Shown: piece after piece, positions 50,093-60,166 of the stretch
Position numbering within the stretch: position 1 is the first letter of the stretch
Layout of the letters: every line of letters starts with the position of its first letter
DNA from: an uncultured Pseudomonadota bacterium
Lineage (GTDB): Bacteria; Oederibacteriota; Muellerivitia; Muellerivitales; Muellerivitaceae
Direction: 5' to 3'
Length of the DNA: 64,000 bases
Assembly (NCBI GenBank): GCA_963843375.1
Contig: CAWJKT010000011.1
Span: 352,001-416,000, forward strand
The notes under the pieces: generated by a model
Seen by the model: the letters and a program-made list of their open reading frames with translations, nothing else
Told to the model about the DNA's origin: nothing
Databases searched by the model: none
Position numbers and translations under genes: made by a program

Positions 50093-50695
50093 TTGTTGGT
50101 CCTGGCCCCCGAGCCGAATGTTTCATCCGCCGGGCCCGTCTCCAACCGCCGCATGAGTCCCGCCAAGCTTGGCATCCTTCTGTTTATAGCGGCTGAAATC
50201 ATGTTCTTCAGCGGTTTGATCAGCGCTTTCGTGGTTTTCCGTTTCAGCCCGGTCCAATGGCCGCCCGCGGGACAACCCCGCCTTCCATTGGAAGTAACCG
50301 CCGTGAATACCCTTATCCTGCTTTTAAGCGGGTTCACTTTTTTCATCACCTTCCGAGCGTTGAGAGCTTCCCAAGAAGACAAATTCAAAAAACTCCTGAC
50401 CCTGACCGCGGTTCTGGGTTTGGTTTTCCTTCTGGTGCAAGGTTTTGAATGGATCCGTTTGCTTCATTTTGGACTGACCCTTCACAACAGTATCTTTGGG
50501 GGATTTTTTTACTGCCTGGTGGGCGTCCATGCGCTCCACGTGGCGGGCGGTTTGGCGGCCCTTCTTTACGTTCTTTCCCGGGCCTGGAGCGGAGCCTATA
50601 GCGCCCGTAATAGCTTGGGGGTTGAACTCTGCCAGATGTATTGGTTTTTCGTGGTAGGCCTTTGGCCGATCCTTTTCGCGCTGGTTTACCTATAA
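50093..50695 (+). CDS. Second cytochrome c oxidase subunit III-like protein
   Basis: LFIAAEIMFFSGL, GVHALHV, YWFFV..LW; TTG start with AAGGAG RBS. Confidence 0.85.
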   Translation: MLVLAPEPNVSSAGPVSNRRMSPAKLGILLFIAAEIMFFSGLISAFVVFRFSPVQWPPAGQPRLPLEVTAVNTLILLLSGFTFFITFRALRASQEDKFKKLLTLTAVLGLVFLLVQGFEWIRLLHFGLTLHNSIFGGFFYCLVGVHALHVAGGLAALLYVLSRAWSGAYSARNSLGVELCQMYWFFVVGLWPILFALVYL

Positions 50696-50716
50696 GCCGC
50701 CGATCGGAGGTTTGAA

Positions 50717-50947
50717 ATGACGAAAAAAATTCACATTAAAACCTTCCTCCAAAAGTTTTTCCTGTTCCTATCCCTTGGGTTCATTCCTGCCCTAGCAGAA
50801 GCCTGTCCGAGATGTGTGGACGCCACACCTTACAAAATGGGCATGCAGATCGCGGTCGGAGTGCTTCTGCCGATTCCCTTTATCCTGGCTTACGGCATTT
50901 ATCTTTTCATTCAAAAAGAATCCAAAGCCGACTCTTCGCAGACTTAA
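50717..50947 (+). CDS. Small membrane protein with CxxC (cox operon-associated)
   Basis: GGAGG RBS; signal-like segment, ACPRC, one TM. Confidence 0.7.
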   Translation: MTKKIHIKTFLQKFFLFLSLGFIPALAEACPRCVDATPYKMGMQIAVGVLLPIPFILAYGIYLFIQKESKADSSQT

Positions 50948-51295
50948 GGGTTTTCCCCAAGTTGTGGAATTAAAATTTTTTAATTTTTTACCGTCGCTTC
51001 GGTCTGTTTCCCTCCAAAAAATCCGCGCTGTAAGTTTTTTAAAATTTTAAAAATCATGTTAAAAAGTTGTTAACCCAACGCATAAAGCGGGCCAACCCAT
51101 GGAATGGCGTTTAACCCGATGAAAAGTACCAATGTTAATTTTTTTTAATGCCTAGGTCCATTTCCCAAACGAGAGTTAAAATAGGTTTATTCCAATACCT
51201 TCTTTCATCGTTGACCGGTTTAATCCGGACTTTTTTCGATGAAAGTTTTTAATACATATCTACTTTGACTAGATTTTCTTTACCAGGGGGTGCAC

Positions 51296-51568
51296 ATGGA
51301 AATTACCAAGAAAGTCAAGATTCTCAACCGGCTAGGTTTTCATTTAAGGGCCGCCGCGCAGTTCGTTAAGACATCCTGCAAATTCAAATGCCGGATTATC
51401 GTGAAAAACCATATGGGTCTGGTGGATGGCAAGAGCCTGTTGAATCTGATGACTTTGGCGGCCAGTTACGGTTCCGAACTGACCATTGTATTCCAAGGCG
51501 AGGACGCCAGAGATGCCTGGAATGAAATTCAAACCCTCTTTCTGACAAAGTTCGGGGAAAAAGATTAA
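51296..51568 (+). CDS. ptsH: Phosphocarrier protein HPr
   Basis: N.LGFHLRAAA (His15), DGKSLLNLMTL (Ser46), GED. Confidence 0.88.
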   Translation: MEITKKVKILNRLGFHLRAAAQFVKTSCKFKCRIIVKNHMGLVDGKSLLNLMTLAASYGSELTIVFQGEDARDAWNEIQTLFLTKFGEKD

Positions 51569-51590
51569 AAGATTCACAAACCGAGTCGTA

Positions 51591-51627
51591 AAGGCCTTCT
51601 TCCTCCGGGAAGGGGCCTTTTTTATTT
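51591..51627 (+). terminator. Rho-independent terminator
   Basis: AAGGCCTTCTTCC-tccg-GGAAGGGGCCTT followed by a T tract. Confidence 0.75.
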
Positions 51628-51665
51628 AGGGGAGGGTTTCGAATATCCTTCGAAAGGTCGGAAGT

Positions 51666-52853
51666 CTAAGAGGCTTGGCGGGATGCCGATCTCTTGACGA
51701 AAAACAGAAGAAGGGAAGCCAGGCCCGCGAAGGCGGCGCCAAGCTTGAAAGCCATGGGATAGCCCCATTGCTGGCCAACAAAACCAAAAAGCAGGCTGGC
51801 GGGCAGGGCCCCCAACCCCGTCACAAGATAGTAATAGCCGAAGGCCGTTCCCCGCAGGGTTTTGGGGGCCAAGTCCCCGATAAAGGCCTTCTCGGAGGGT
51901 TCGCAGAGGCCGTAATAAAGCCCATAAGCGAGGAAGACAAAGATCGCTGTTTCCTTCTGGGCCACCAGGCCAAAGGCCAAGTATATGAGGGCGTAGTAGA
52001 TCCATCCGGAGACAATAACCGGTTTTCGCCCGAAACGGTCGGATAGAGACCCCCCGGAGTAGGCAGAAAGCATCCGAACCCCCCCATGTAGGCCCCAAAG
52101 TATTGCGATCAACCAGGCGGAGACACCCAGTTGGGCCAGCCGGATCATCAAAAAAGCATCCGTGGAGTTACCCAAGGTGAATATAAGAAGGATTCCCAGC
52201 AAAAATTTAAAATCCCCGCCCAGTTTTCCCCAATCCCCCGCCAGGTTTAGGGCTTTTCGGGCTGGCGGTTTTTTTGAGGGCTTTTCCCCCACCCAGGCCA
52301 GGGTGAGCCAGGCCACCAAGCCCGGCACAATGGAAAGCAAAATAACATGTTCATAGGAAAATCCAATTATTGGAAGAAGGAGAATCCCGGCCAAAATGGG
52401 GCCCAACAATTGCCCCGCGTCGTCCATCGCGCTGTGGAAACCATAGGAAGCGCCCAGGTTCGAAGGTTTGGTCACATCGGCAATCAGGGCATCCTGCGGA
52501 GCGGACCGCAGGCCCTTTCCCATACGGTCCAAAAACCTGAAGAGAAGAACGGCTGGCCAGGTCTGGACGAGGGCAATCATTGGACGGAACAGTCCGGAGA
52601 TACCGTAACCCCAAAGAAGGAATGGTTTTTTGCGGCCCAGGCGGTCCGAACTGATCCCCGAGAAGACCTTCAGAACGGAGGAAGTGGCTTCCGCCACGCT
52701 TTCCACCAACCCCAGGGCCACCGGGCCCGCGCCCAGCACCAGGGTGAGGAACAAGGGGACTACGGGATAGATCATTTCTTTTGCCAAGTCGTTGAAAAGG
52801 CTTACGATCCCCAATTGGAAAACGGTTTTGGGTATGGATTTGAATAATTTCAT
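51666..52853 (-). CDS. MFS transporter
   Basis: SDRLGRKKP, DRMGKGLR.AP.DALIAD; multi-TM pattern. Confidence 0.92.
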   Translation of the reverse strand: MKLFKSIPKTVFQLGIVSLFNDLAKEMIYPVVPLFLTLVLGAGPVALGLVESVAEATSSVLKVFSGISSDRLGRKKPFLLWGYGISGLFRPMIALVQTWPAVLLFRFLDRMGKGLRSAPQDALIADVTKPSNLGASYGFHSAMDDAGQLLGPILAGILLLPIIGFSYEHVILLSIVPGLVAWLTLAWVGEKPSKKPPARKALNLAGDWGKLGGDFKFLLGILLIFTLGNSTDAFLMIRLAQLGVSAWLIAILWGLHGGVRMLSAYSGGSLSDRFGRKPVIVSGWIYYALIYLAFGLVAQKETAIFVFLAYGLYYGLCEPSEKAFIGDLAPKTLRGTAFGYYYLVTGLGALPASLLFGFVGQQWGYPMAFKLGAAFAGLASLLLFFVKRSASRQAS

Positions 52854-53560
52854 CCGCTGATCAGTCTGGCCAGCCCAAAAGCGGCACCCGCTGCGGCGAT
52901 GCCGATCAGGGTGACAGTGGCGGCTCCCATCCAGGGGTTTTGACCTGTGAACTTGGCTTTAAAATAACCGAAGAGCATCAGGCATAGGACGGTGATGATG
53001 GAGGAATCGATAAGGCCCTGACGGGGAGTTGCGCAAAAAAAATAGGCTGAAAGGGGCACCAATCCGCCCAGTGCATAAGAAAGCCCGATGCGGATGGCGC
53101 TGTAGTAGGCCTGTTTCGGGTCCGGCTTTTGCAGGCCCAACTCGAAGCGCATCATGAAATCCACCCACTTTTTGTGGTCCCTTGCCAGTTCGTCGGCGAC
53201 CTTCTGCTGTACTTCCTCCGAAATGCCATAAGTCTCCAGGATATTCTTTATCTCGTCCTCTTCTTCCTTGGGGATTTCCCTCACTTCCCGTTCTTCTCGC
53301 CTTTTCTCGCCCTCATAATGCTCAATTTCGGTCTGGCCAGCCAGATAGCCGCCTAGCCCCATGGAGATCGTCCCGGCGATGATTTCGGCGAGTCCTCCGA
53401 TCAGGATGATGGAATTGTTCGAAACCGCTCCGCTTAACCCCGCCGCCAGGGCAAAGGGCACGGTCAGGCCGTCGGAAACGCCTACCACGATATCCCGGAT
53501 GGCCAGGGTGGAAAGTGAATGTCTTTCACCATGATGGTGGTGGGGGATGTAGGTCGCCAT
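52850..53560 (-). CDS. VIT1/CCC1 family iron/manganese transporter
   Basis: RDIVVGVSDGLTVPFALAAGL, ISMGLGGYLA, FMMRFELGL. Confidence 0.93.
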   Translation of the reverse strand: MATYIPHHHHGERHSLSTLAIRDIVVGVSDGLTVPFALAAGLSGAVSNNSIILIGGLAEIIAGTISMGLGGYLAGQTEIEHYEGEKRREEREVREIPKEEEDEIKNILETYGISEEVQQKVADELARDHKKWVDFMMRFELGLQKPDPKQAYYSAIRIGLSYALGGLVPLSAYFFCATPRQGLIDSSIITVLCLMLFGYFKAKFTGQNPWMGAATVTLIGIAAAGAAFGLARLISG

Positions 53561-53727
53561 AAATGCCTTCCGGCTAAAATGAAATGAAAAAGCCGACGGT
53601 GGTTCGAGGGCTTTTTGATCTTAAGGCACAGCGTGTCCCAACTCAAGGGTTCCGTTCAGAGGAGCCAACAGGCAGAATATTCCAATCCAGGCGGGAGCCC
53701 GCCTGGGGTTTTAATATAGAATAGGCC

Positions 53728-54980
53728 ATGCCTCCGAAAGACAAAGCCCCCCACGCCCCCGACCCCTACGCGGTTTTCCGCCATCCCAATTTCCGATCTT
53801 ACCTCCTGGGCAACTTTCTGGCGGAAGCAGGTGAGCAGATGATCCGGGTGGCAGTGGGGTATGAAATTTTCCAGCGAACCCATTCCCCGATGGCACTGGG
53901 CCTGATCGGCCTGGCCCTTTGGCTGCCCATCTTTTTTTTCATGCTTCCGGGAGGCGCGGTGGCGGACCGCTATAACCGCAAGGCCATTGTCCTGATTTCC
54001 ATCTTTTTTTCGCGATTTGGGCTCTGGGTTTAGGACTAGCCCCTTTGACTTCCTTTCCCATTCCCCTCATGTATGCCTTCTTGTTTCTCACTGGGCTCAC
54101 GAAGGCCTTTTGCGATCCGGCCTACCGGGCCTTTCTGCCACAACTGGTTCCGGAAAAACATTTCACCGATGCCGTCAACTGGGGAAGCAACCTCTTTCAG
54201 TTGGGAACGGTAGTCGGGCCGGCCCTGGGCGGCATGCTTTACGCACGGCTTGGATACTCCTGTGTTTGTTGGCTGGAGGGAGGAATGGAACTGGCTTTTT
54301 TCGGGGCGGTACTGGCCATCCGTCAATCCCCGACCAAGTTCAAGGGTCGGCCCGTGAGCCTTCAATCCATCCTTTCGGGCCTGCAATATGTCCGCAAAAA
54401 GAGTCTCATTCTGGCTACCATCACAATGGACCTCTTTGTGGTGCTTTTCGGAGGTGCCATGGCCATGCTGCCCGCTTATGCGGACGATATCTTGCATTGC
54501 GGAGCTGCGGGGATGGGCTGGCTTTACGCCGCCCCGCCCACGGGGGCCTTTCTCGCTTCCCTCGTCCTGGCCCACCGGCCTCCCTTAAAAAAAGCTGGCG
54601 CCACCCTGCTTTGGTCGGTCGCGGGTTTCGGCCTTGCCACCATCGGTTTTGGGTTCTCCCGGTGGTTTTGGCTGTCCTTCCTTATGTTGGCGGCGACGGG
54701 GGCCTTGGATATGGTCAGCGTACTGGTGCGTGGAACCTTGGTGCAGGTCTTGACCCCCGATGCCCTCCGGGGCCGAGTGAACGCCGTCACCTTGATTTTC
54801 ATTCACTCCTCCGGCGAATTGGGAAGTTTTGAATCGGGTGTGGCGGCGTCTCTTTTGGGGCTGGTGCCTTCAGTGGTCTTGGGTGGGGTGGGTAGCATCC
54901 TGGTGGTGCTAGCGGTACTTCGGATTTGGCCTGAGGTTGGGCGGTTAAAGTCACTTCAAGGAGCCCGAAACCCGGGCTGA
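53728..54980 (+). CDS. MFS transporter (EntS/MFS_3-like) with one -1 frameshift
   Basis: Two ORFs join by adding one T to the T7 run at 54004-54010 (418 codons); DLFVVLFGGA.A.LP, RGRV. Confidence 0.85.
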
Positions 54981-55197
54981 AATTCTTCACCCAGGTGAGT
55001 CCCAAGAGCGGGGAAATCTCTATTGGCGCCTTTTATTCTTCCAAATTAATTCACAATGCATAAAATTGTAAGAATAGCCGTCGAAAATATATCTTCAAAG
55101 TTTTTTTAAAAGATTTCTAAAAGGCTAGCCTAGTCCAAAGGGGTTAAAAGCACCCGGACTCATTTAACCGCGTGTTTCCGAAATAAAAGGTTAGACC

Positions 55198-55554
55198 ATG
55201 GTTCCTGCTAAATCGTTTAATTCGAACCAGAAAATTACCAGTTTTGCCCTGTTCTGGACCTATTACCTGGGGGAGCATTCCAAACCCTTAACCCGGTGGT
55301 TGCATCTGTTTGGAACCATGGCGGGGCTGCTGACTGCCATGGTTTCGCTTATCACGGGAAACTATGGGGGTCTTCTCGTCGCCTTAGGCCTGGGCTATGG
55401 TCTGGCATGGCTTTCCCATTTCCTCGTTAAAAAAAACAAACCCGCCACCTTGCGTTATCCCCTTTGGTCTTTATTAGCGGATTTCAAAATGGCGTCCCTG
55501 CTTTTGTTGGATTTGCGTCGCATGGCGGTGGGCAAAAAGCCAAATTTAAAATGA
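55198..55554 (+). CDS. DUF962 family protein
   Basis: FW.YYL.EH..P.TR.LH..GT, GYG.AW.SHF...KNKPAT..YP.WSL..DF. Confidence 0.88.
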   Translation: MVPAKSFNSNQKITSFALFWTYYLGEHSKPLTRWLHLFGTMAGLLTAMVSLITGNYGGLLVALGLGYGLAWLSHFLVKKNKPATLRYPLWSLLADFKMASLLLLDLRRMAVGKKPNLK

Positions 55555-55737
55555 GTGGATAGGGAAAGAACGGGAAAAAGTGCATTTCCTTACCCAAAAT
55601 ATTTCGGGAAGAGGGGTTGTCAAAATGGAAGCCTGGGCACTTATAATCAGGGACGAATTTCCCGGCGGCTTGACTAAAAGTTTTTCCGGGAATTTGCGGA
55701 TTTGTTTTCGGATAAGAATACGAGGAGGTAAGAAAGT

Positions 55738-56280
55738 ATGGAAAAATTATTTTTGACTTTGCTTTTTTTTATTTCAACTGGGTTGGCCTGCGCGGATGAC
55801 ATGGCCGGTATGTCAACACCCACCATGGCATCAGCCTCGGTGGCGGCATCTACTCCCATCACGGCAGTGGCGGAGATGAGCCCTACCCAAGGAAATACGG
55901 TCCATGGTGAAATCAAGTTCATCCAGAAAAAGGGATATTTGCTGGTCAAAGCTAATATCGAAGGTCTGACCCCCGGCAAACACCCTTTTCACGTTCATGC
56001 GGTCGGCGACTGCTCCGCCACGGATGGCAGTTCGGCGGGGGGACATTTTAAACCCAGCCAAGCCCCAACCCCCGCGCCTGGCGCCAAGGCACTCGACTGG
56101 GCCGACTTGGGCAAGTTGAACGCCAACAGCAGTGGAACCGCCCATTACACCTTCAAGGATAAGGTTCTTCAATTGTCCGGGGCGGATTCCATCATCGGAA
56201 AGTCGGTCGTGATTCACGCGAGCGATTCCCCGGCGCGGATGGCCTGTGGCGTCATTCAAGCGGTGCAGGATAACAAATAA
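55738..56280 (+). CDS. sodC: Periplasmic Cu(/Zn) superoxide dismutase family protein
   Basis: Signal peptide; HPFHVH, GDC, SAGGHF, DLG, SVVIHA, RMACG. Confidence 0.88.
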   Translation: MEKLFLTLLFFISTGLACADDMAGMSTPTMASASVAASTPITAVAEMSPTQGNTVHGEIKFIQKKGYLLVKANIEGLTPGKHPFHVHAVGDCSATDGSSAGGHFKPSQAPTPAPGAKALDWADLGKLNANSSGTAHYTFKDKVLQLSGADSIIGKSVVIHASDSPARMACGVIQAVQDNK

Positions 56281-56310
56281 TCTTTCGGCGCCGTTTTAAA
56301 ACCAGGAAAC

Positions 56311-56721
56311 TTACATCATTTCAAAGCCCCTCAGCTTGAGGGGCTTTTTTTCGTTTTTATCGATGACCTCGGCTTTTTGCGGATGAATCAGGTTGTCGCC
56401 GTAGGGCTCGCCCGTGATTTCAACCTCTTTGCCAACGACTTCCGCGAAAGCTTTGGGTGGGAAAATTAAAACATACACCTTGTCCCCCACTAAGACTCCT
56501 GCGGGTTCACCCGACAACAGACAAGCTTTTCCACAACCTGCCATGCCGTCATGTTCATCGCCCGTTTGTCTTTCCTCAAAATAACAGGAGGTATCCACCA
56601 AAATTCCACGAACTGTAATAGTTTTTGTTTTTGACCCCTGGTTTTTATCCATGGTTTCATCCGCGAATGCGAAACTCGCCAAAAGGCTCCACAGTGCCAA
56701 TATCAAGAATGTGTTTTTCAA
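56311..56721 (-). CDS. Secreted Cys/His-containing hypothetical protein (OB-fold-like)
   Basis: AGGAGG RBS before TTG 56721; signal peptide; D..CY...H....C.KAC..SG.P. Confidence 0.7.
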   Translation of the reverse strand: MKNTFLILALWSLLASFAFADETMDKNQGSKTKTITVRGILVDTSCYFEERQTGDEHDGMAGCGKACLLSGEPAGVLVGDKVYVLIFPPKAFAEVVGKEVEITGEPYGDNLIHPQKAEVIDKNEKKPLKLRGFEMM

Positions 56722-56884
56722 AGCGCTCCTCCTTGGTTTGAATCCGGAATTCCCACATGAGCTTTCCTCAGGGTAGAATAGCGCCAAACCTGGAAAGCCG
56801 AAACTGTCTTTTGTCAAATACCCGATAAAGGATTTATGTGCCAAGCCATTCCAATGGATAGAATTTAAGACTCAGGAGGCACAG

Positions 56885-57748
56885 ATGAAAAGACGCTTAT
56901 GGACCCTGGGACTGACCATGGGGCTTATACTTTTCTCCACTTGGGCTTCGGGCGGGACGGTGAACACATGCGCCCGGTATCAAGCGGTGACGGTTGGGAA
57001 CTACATCGTCCAAACCGACTATTGGAACCAGGGACAGTGTCCCGGCACCCAGTGTGTGAGCATCGACGACCAGACCGGATCCTATACAGTGACGAAAGGC
57101 GATTACAAATGTTCCAACGACTACACCGTGGCGGCCTATCCTTCGATCATGTACGGAACCGCTTTCGGCAGTACCAGCCCCAACAGCGACCTGCCGGCAC
57201 CCTTGAGCGCCTTAAAATGCGTGAACAGCAGCTGGAGTTTCCAGGCCACCGATACGGGAGCCTGGGACGTAGCCTATGACATTTGGCTTTGCCCCGATAA
57301 CCAATGCGGGCCGGAAGGGTTCAAGGGCGGTGCCGAAATAATGATCTGGCTTGATTATCGCAATACCAACGGCTGGCAAACCGATATGGGGCCCGCGACC
57401 GTAAACGGCATGAACTGGGAGGTTTGGCGGTGGGATGTGGACGAGGGAGGTGGTCAACGCAACTACGTAGCTTATTTGGCGAAGACCTTCACGACCTCCA
57501 TCAAGGATTTTGATCTCAAAAAGTTTCTGGACGATTCCCGGGGTCGGGGTTATATCAAACCCTCCTGGTACCTTTACGCGGTGGAGGCTGGGATTGAGCT
57601 GCATTCGGGGGGCATCCCTTTCACTAGCAAGAACTTTTCGGTTTCCGTGAACAAAGATTGCGGGGCGAAACCCGTCTTTACCCCGCTTCCGGTCAAGCCG
57701 ACACCTACCCCGAATTTAACGCCTGAGGTGATTCCGCCCCCGCCCTAA
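56885..57748 (+). CDS. GH12 endoglucanase/xyloglucanase
   Basis: AYPSI, WDVAYDIW, AEIMIW, W.L.AVEAGIE; Pro/Thr tail. Confidence 0.9.
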   Translation: MKRRLWTLGLTMGLILFSTWASGGTVNTCARYQAVTVGNYIVQTDYWNQGQCPGTQCVSIDDQTGSYTVTKGDYKCSNDYTVAAYPSIMYGTAFGSTSPNSDLPAPLSALKCVNSSWSFQATDTGAWDVAYDIWLCPDNQCGPEGFKGGAEIMIWLDYRNTNGWQTDMGPATVNGMNWEVWRWDVDEGGGQRNYVAYLAKTFTTSIKDFDLKKFLDDSRGRGYIKPSWYLYAVEAGIELHSGGIPFTSKNFSVSVNKDCGAKPVFTPLPVKPTPTPNLTPEVIPPPP

Positions 57749-57860
57749 AAAAGGCCGGTTTTGGGAACGATTCAAAAAGCATCAGGGTTTATCTCAAAAA
57801 AACTGTTATAGTAGAGATAATCTTTTTGATGTAGCCATTTCGTTTCAGAGGTGAGGAAAA

Positions 57861-58211
57861 ATGATTAACCCAATCCATTCAAACAACACTAATAATTTGA
57901 ACCCAAATCCGCCTCTCCCTCCTGCGGCTAATCCAGAAGAAAACCCGAAACCCAAGAACCCCGCTTTCGATAATGTAGTTGACCAAACCAAAGCCCAGAG
58001 CCAAGGCCAAAAACCCAATAACGGCCCAATCAGCCAAAGCGTCAATCTCAATCCAACGAATTTTGCCAAAAACAAGGGCGGGATCAATCCGGTGGACCAC
58101 GCCCAACCCCAGGGGTTACCTGAAACTCCGAAAACGGTTTCTAATCCCACCCCGAAACCTACGACGAATAAGAATGAAAACCAAGGCTCGACCTTGGACG
58201 AACTGGCCTAA
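57861..58211 (+). CDS. Asn/Pro-rich low-complexity hypothetical protein
   Basis: GAGG RBS; disordered; ends GSTLDELA. Confidence 0.6.
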   Translation: MINPIHSNNTNNLNPNPPLPPAANPEENPKPKNPAFDNVVDQTKAQSQGQKPNNGPISQSVNLNPTNFAKNKGGINPVDHAQPQGLPETPKTVSNPTPKPTTNKNENQGSTLDELA

Positions 58212-58495
58212 GAACTCCTAATCAAAATCGATTGAACCACTTTGGCGGAAATGGCCCCATTTCCGGCTTTCATAATTCTTTCAATGTTTTTTTAAATCCT
58301 GGCAAATCGGCTTTGCTCTGCGGAATTGAAGCGATGGATCTGAACAAAAGGTCCCGGTAACACTTTTCCAATTCTGGGGCGTCTAAACTTTAACAGTTAT
58401 GAATTTCCCCTTTTCTGCCCTTCCGTTTATTCCGGGTTTTCAAGTTCCAGCCTGCTCCAACGCAAGAGCAAAACAAAGGGGGTAAAGGCTTTCTC

Positions 58496-58924
58496 ATGAA
58501 GAAGCAAAAGTGGTCGAAGGAAAGAATAGTTCAAAACATCCAGGAATTGCTAAGGCAAAATACCGACCTTTCTGCGGGATACGTTTCAAGGCATCACGTC
58601 CCCCTTTTTAGCGCCGCTATCAATAAGAATTATTTTTCGAGCTGGGGGAACGCGGTTAAGGCCGCCGGTATTGATTATGGCTCGATAATGAAAGCCGGAA
58701 AAGAACGCCGCCGCGACTTATTGACGAAATGGACTAAGGAAAAAGTATTAAAGGAAATCCGGCGCCCCGAAACCGAAACCCTGTTGAAAACCTATCGGGA
58801 TCAAATGGATCTTTATTCGGCGGCCCGAAGGAAATTTGGAAGCTGGGAAAAAGCCCTGAAGGCGGCCGGGTACCGCCTCGCTAAAGGTTCCCACAAAAAC
58901 TCAAACCGGATTTTTACTTCTTAA
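58496..58924 (+). CDS. Protein made of two homing-endonuclease-associated-type helical repeats
   Basis: WSKE...FSSWGNAVKAAG and WTKE...FGSWEKALKAAG. Confidence 0.7.
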   Translation: MKKQKWSKERIVQNIQELLRQNTDLSAGYVSRHHVPLFSAAINKNYFSSWGNAVKAAGIDYGSIMKAGKERRRDLLTKWTKEKVLKEIRRPETETLLKTYRDQMDLYSAARRKFGSWEKALKAAGYRLAKGSHKNSNRIFTS

Positions 58925-59085
58925 AAAACCAACGAAGAAATCTTTGGATAACCTCCGTCGAAAAAGTCCCGGCCTTCTGGGGCGTCCTTTCGTTTCCCCC
59001 TTTTCCCGCTTTTCAGTTTTACTTTGGCAAAATTGAAAAAGTGGGATAATGCGCCTATTTCTACCCTCTTCAAGGTTGGGCCGGA

Positions 59086-59913
59086 ATGAAAAGCGCCTTG
59101 ATCGGGTTTCTGGTTTTGATTTCTTGGCCGAAAGTCGTCCGCGGCCAAACCGCTTCGGACTATTACCATGAGGGATTGACGGAGTATCAGGCGGGGAACT
59201 GGATAAACTCCATTTCTTATTTAGAGGGGGCGATCCAACAAAATCCCAATTTTTGGCAAGCCTACCAACTCATCGGTTATTCCTATTATGGAATGAAAGA
59301 GATTGAAAAAAGCATCCATTGTTGCAAGGCGAGTCTCCATATTCACCCGGACAATCCCACTCTCCAGGGCTTTGTGGATAAATTAAGGGCCCGCAACGCA
59401 CAAAAGCGAAAGTTCACTCCCATTGAGATAAGGACGGCCGGGCCGGATACCAGGCCGTCCCAGGACTATTATTACAACGGAACCAAATTAGAAACCTTTG
59501 AGCAATTAAAGATCGTGATTGCTCCCATTCGGGACACTCAGGCAGTCCATTTTCTGAACGTCTCGGCAGATCAGGAATTAACCGGCATAATGATGATCGC
59601 AGGAGGGGCCGCCTTGTGTTTGGGAGTCGCCCTTTATGCGGTCCTGGCAACAGGATCTTTCCAGACCGAGGTCAGTCCTTTGGGGCAGGTCTATATCCTT
59701 CATTCCCCCGCCGACCTAATTCCAGACTGGGTTCTCGGGGGTACTGAGGCCCTTGCGGGCCCCATTGGAATCGTTCTGGAATTGGACGCAGGACAAAACC
59801 GTCAAAATGCCGTGCTGCGTTATAATTACCTGGTTGAGTCCGACTCAAATCTGTCCATGATCCCCTTGACTCATACCGCCTTACCAGGGTTGGAATTAAC
59901 CCAGAGGTTTTAA
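59086..59913 (+). CDS. TPR-containing exported/membrane protein
   Basis: Signal peptide; TPR pattern (AIQQNPNFWQAY..IG..Y); two hydrophobic segments. Confidence 0.75.
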   Translation: MKSALIGFLVLISWPKVVRGQTASDYYHEGLTEYQAGNWINSISYLEGAIQQNPNFWQAYQLIGYSYYGMKEIEKSIHCCKASLHIHPDNPTLQGFVDKLRARNAQKRKFTPIEIRTAGPDTRPSQDYYYNGTKLETFEQLKIVIAPIRDTQAVHFLNVSADQELTGIMMIAGGAALCLGVALYAVLATGSFQTEVSPLGQVYILHSPADLIPDWVLGGTEALAGPIGIVLELDAGQNRQNAVLRYNYLVESDSNLSMIPLTHTALPGLELTQRF

Positions 59914-60166
59914 AACCAATGAATCACCTTTTGTAAATTCCAGGAAAAGATTCAATCCTGGAAGTTAGCTCTTTCCTTTAAGCCGGGGGAGGATGAAACT
60001 ATCCACTTGAGCTTTCTCCAACAGCCGATGTTAGTAGCGAGTTCCAGGCTTCACTGTCGCCGCTATTGCAAATAGGATCTTTTGGTTTTGGTGAATTTTA
60101 TAAAATAGCTTGTGGGTAAACAGTGATGGATGGGGATCCTTTGGATTGTCCTGACGGGGGAACAGC

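Noticed and set aside
55617..55647. MerR/CueR-type promoter (TTGTCA-19-TATAAT) before sodC
   Set aside because: The 19-bp spacer is present but contains no dyad symmetry.
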